Shown in pieces: positions 60,923 through 64,000 of a stretch of 64,000 bases of DNA (position 1 is the stretch's first letter; each line of letters starts with the position of its first letter). The stretch comes from the human T2T-CHM13v2.0 reference genome, Homo sapiens. A program made the position numbers and the translations under genes. Below the pieces are notes generated by a model, which saw only the letters and a list, made by a program, of their open reading frames with translations, searched no databases and was not told where the DNA came from. The stretch lies in NCBI RefSeq assembly GCF_009914755.1, contig NC_060944.1; one strand, written 5' to 3'.

Positions 60923-61181
60923 GGGGCCCTTATGGCGCGGTGGGCGTGGACCTGGCCTTCGAGCAGCTGCTGTGCCGCATCTTCGGCGAGGACTTCATCG
61001 CCACCTTCAAAAGGCAACGGCCGGCAGCCTGGGTAGATCTGACCATCGCCTTCGAGGCTCGCAAGCGCACTGCTGGCCCACACCGTGCAGGGGCGCTCAA
61101 CATCTCGCTGCCCTTCTCCTTCATTGACTTCTACCGCAAGCAGCGGGGCCACAACGTGGAGACCGCTCTGCGCAGGAGCAG
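60923..61181 (+). CDS. HSPA12B: Exon 11
   Basis: 259 nt, AG/GT; [16 protein letters not shown]...FEARKR...ETALRRS. Confidence 0.95.
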
Positions 61182-61757
61182 GTGGGTCCTGAGCCCGCGG
61201 GCTCAGGCAGGGTTTGCCGACCCGGGAATGACCGTGCACTGGAGGGTCCCGGGCCCCAAGGAACGGTGGGGGTCTGCCTGATTCATCCCACATATACACT
61301 AAGCCAGCAGGGCGTCGGGGTGGGGCGGCGGGGAGCGGCGAGTGAGTGCCCCAGCCCAGCAGGCTCCACCCACGGAATCCGCAGCCCGAACTGGGGCAAG
61401 ACAGAGAATCATAGCGGGGAGGCGGCAATGCCTATCTCCTCCCAGCCTTCTCTACACCCCCACCCCGGGCCCTGCGGGCCCATGCTCCTCGGTTTCCCTG
61501 CACCAAAGCAAGGGGAGGCCCCTCCCAGGACCTCGTACCTGGAACCTGGAGCAGGCTGGCAACTAAATCCTCTGAGTGAGTAGGGTGGAGATAAGGGACT
61601 AACATCCCGCAGGTCCAGTCCTCCAGACACCACGTGCAGTCGGTGCCCAGGCACTTCTGCCTGGAGGCAGAGGTAGAGAATAAGGACCACGGACCCCAAA
61701 CTGGGGCAAGCAGCTGGGCCCTGACCGATGGATATTTGCCCCTTTCACCACCAACAG

Positions 61758-61861
61758 CGTGAACTTCGTGAAGTGGTCCTCACAGGGGATGCTCCGAATG
61801 TCTTGTGAAGCCATGAACGAGCTCTTTCAGCCCACCGTCAGCGGGATCATCCAGCACATAG
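61758..61861 (+). CDS. HSPA12B: Exon 12
   Basis: 104 nt, AG/GT; [34 protein letters not shown]. Confidence 0.94.
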
Positions 61862-62464
61862 GTGAGCACCTGAGCTTGGTCCCCCACCCGCCCCTACATG
61901 AACAAACAGATGCAGAATAATTCCCCCCTATCAGTGCCTAGATACCTCCACACATCCATACACTGTGATGAGACCTAGAATCATCTAGAACACCTGCGGG
62001 ATGAAGTGCAGTGGTGATTAAGAGCTAGAGGGTTGATATGTAGTCTTGCCAAGGCAAAAAACTTCTGGTGCCTCAGTTTCCCCATTTATAAAATGGGGTG
62101 ATAGTATTGGGTTCTCAAAACGTTATCACAGGGATAAAATGAGCTGAAGTACCTAGAGTGAGCACAATGTCTTGCACACAATGTCTAGGTGTTTAATACG
62201 TGTAAAATGCATATCCTTATCTCTCGTCCTCCACGTCGTGGTGGGAGAGAAGTGGGGAGCGTGAGTGTTGGGGAGGCGAAGCCCTCGAGGACTCCCGTGA
62301 GCTCTCAAAGAAAGTGCTCAAATGGCTACTTTCTAGTCGCCAGGTAGGTACAGGCTAGGGAGGGGAGGCGCCGGTGGCCGCCTAGTGGTGGCCTCAGTGG
62401 CTCTCTCTCCCCCGCCCCTTCTCCTCTGCCCCCTTCACCCGCGTCCCCCCGTCCTGTCCCGCAG

Positions 62465-63120
62465 AGGCCCTGCTGGCACGGCCGGAGGTGCAGGGTGTGA
62501 AGCTGCTGTTCCTAGTGGGCGGCTTCGCCGAGTCAGCGGTGCTGCAGCACGCGGTGCAGGCGGCGCTGGGCGCCCGCGGTCTGCGTGTCGTGGTCCCGCA
62601 CGACGTGGGCCTCACCATCCTCAAAGGCGCGGTGCTGTTCGGCCAGGCGCCGGGCGTGGTGCGGGTCCGCCGCTCGCCGCTCACCTATGGCGTGGGCGTG
62701 CTCAACCGCTTTGTGCCTGGGCGCCACCCGCCCGAAAAGCTGCTGGTTCGCGACGGCCGCCGCTGGTGCACCGACGTCTTCGAGCGCTTCGTGGCCGCCG
62801 AGCAGTCGGTGGCCCTGGGCGAGGAGGTGCGGCGCAGCTACTGCCCGGCGCGTCCCGGCCAGCGGCGCGTACTCATCAACCTGTACTGCTGCGCGGCAGA
62901 GGATGCGCGCTTCATCACCGACCCCGGCGTGCGCAAATGTGGCGCGCTCAGCCTCGAGCTTGAGCCCGCCGACTGCGGCCAGGACACCGCCGGCGCGCCT
63001 CCCGGCCGCCGCGAGATCCGCGCCGCCATGCAGTTTGGCGACACCGAAATTAAGGTCACCGCCGTCGACGTCAGCACCAATCGCTCCGTGCGCGCGTCCA
63101 TCGACTTTCTTTCCAACTGA
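62465..63120 (+). CDS. HSPA12B: Exon 13 coding part, adenosine motif to stop
   Basis: 656 nt; [10 protein letters not shown]...SIDFLSN*; total CDS 2061 nt = 686 aa plus TGA. Confidence 0.96.
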
Positions 63121-64000
63121 GGGCGCGCCGGCGCGGTGCCAGCGCCGTCTGCCCGGCCCCGCCCTCTTTCGGTTCAGGGGCCTGCGGAGCGGGTTGGGGC
63201 GGGGGAAACGATAGTTCTGCAGTCTGCGCCTTTCCACGCCCTCCAGCCCCGGGGGAGATAAGGTCATGGGAGAGTGGGTGGGGACACACCCAGAGACTGG
63301 CTTTGGGATTGGGCACTGGTCCGCTGACTGCCAGGCTGAAGGGACCCGCCAAGGACTGAACGGGTAAGAGAAGAGGTTTGCAAGACAGAGCGCGCAGCCC
63401 GGCAAGGGGCATGTGACCCCGAAGGAAGAACGCAACAGAAGAGTCCTGGTCTGAACTTGGCCGAGTAGGGGTGGGGGTGGGATGGCAGGAGGAGCCGCAG
63501 GAGGAAGGAGGTTGTGCAGGGTCTGGACCTGCAGGGCTGAAGTTCACTCATCGACCGACTCAGCCCCAACCGGGAGCCAGGCAGAAAAACCCTGTGCCGT
63601 AGGAAAGTGACTGGAAGTGGACTCCAGAGGGACAGGTGTGGTGGCACAGTCCTGGTGTGGTGCTGACCACCCAAATATGACTGTGAATTGTGGAAAGGGC
63701 AGTAGATCTCTAATGTGGAGGTGGGAACATTATTGTGGTGGAGGCAATTATGAGGGTAGCATTTCTTTCGAGACAAAACACCCGTCTGGGAAGGCCCCAA
63801 GGTCAGCTTATGAAGGACCCCACTTGCACCCCACCCCAGCCATGGAAGAGCAGCTGGAGGGTGGATGGGGAGGCCAGAGGGAGCAATGAGGGGTGGTCCC
63901 AGCTCTGCTATTGACTCGGTATGCCTTTAGGACATTCTCTTACCGCTCATGGGCCTCAGTTTCCTAAAGTGTGAAATGTCAGGCACTTCCCTCTAACTGG
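63121..64000 (+). other. HSPA12B: 3'UTR (continues past the window)
   Basis: Follows the stop codon; I saw no AATAAA before the window ends. Confidence 0.75.

Larger units (their letters stand above)
60380..63250. promoter_or_regulatory. Intragenic 3' CpG islands over HSPA12B exons 10-11 and 13
   Basis: Dense CpG at ~60400-61400 and ~62340-63250, including intronic sequence. Confidence 0.75.

Noticed and set aside
60310-61428. 372-aa minus-strand ORF
   Set aside because: Antisense to GC-rich HSPA12B exons 10-11 in a CpG island; stop codons are rare there; low-complexity product with no recognisable domain.
62533-63435. 300-aa minus-strand ORF and overlapping alternative plus-frame ORFs
   Set aside because: Shadow ORFs of the GC3-rich last exon; no independent coding signal.

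Overview
Human-type genomic DNA (Alu-, L1-, MIR- and MLT-rich) that I recognise as the chr20p13 SIGLEC1-HSPA12B interval, with two divergently transcribed protein-coding genes. SIGLEC1 (sialoadhesin/CD169) is on the minus strand: a probable non-coding first exon near 23.4-23.6 kb, then 20 coding exons from 18072 down to 97. These sum to 5070 nt (1690 codons, open frame) and encode a signal peptide, 1 V-set and 16 C2-set Ig domains, a TM helix and most of the tail; the last exon lies left of the window. HSPA12B (atypical Hsp70) is on the plus strand: CpG-island promoter and non-coding exon 1 at about 43.4-43.9 kb, then 12 coding exons at 49631-63120 (2061 nt, 686 aa plus stop), with the 3'UTR running off the right edge. 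The 24-43 kb intergenic region is mostly interspersed repeats. I found no evidence for a new protein-coding system; most ORF-track entries are Alu-derived, simple-repeat or GC-rich antisense artefacts. The most notable signals are: (1) an Alu carrying a 32-bp inversion plus a ~280-bp templated copy of DNA from 2.3 kb upstream; (2) a consensus ISRE / ISRE-like / CTCF module in SIGLEC1 intron 1; (3) a PU.1, C/EBP and NF-kB motif cluster at the SIGLEC1 promoter; (4) a (UG)22 tract abutting a SIGLEC1 donor; (5) an apparent E-to-K change at HSPA12B codon 221, based on recall and needing a check. Exon coordinates were read by hand from GT/AG boundaries; repeat boundaries and subfamilies are approximate.
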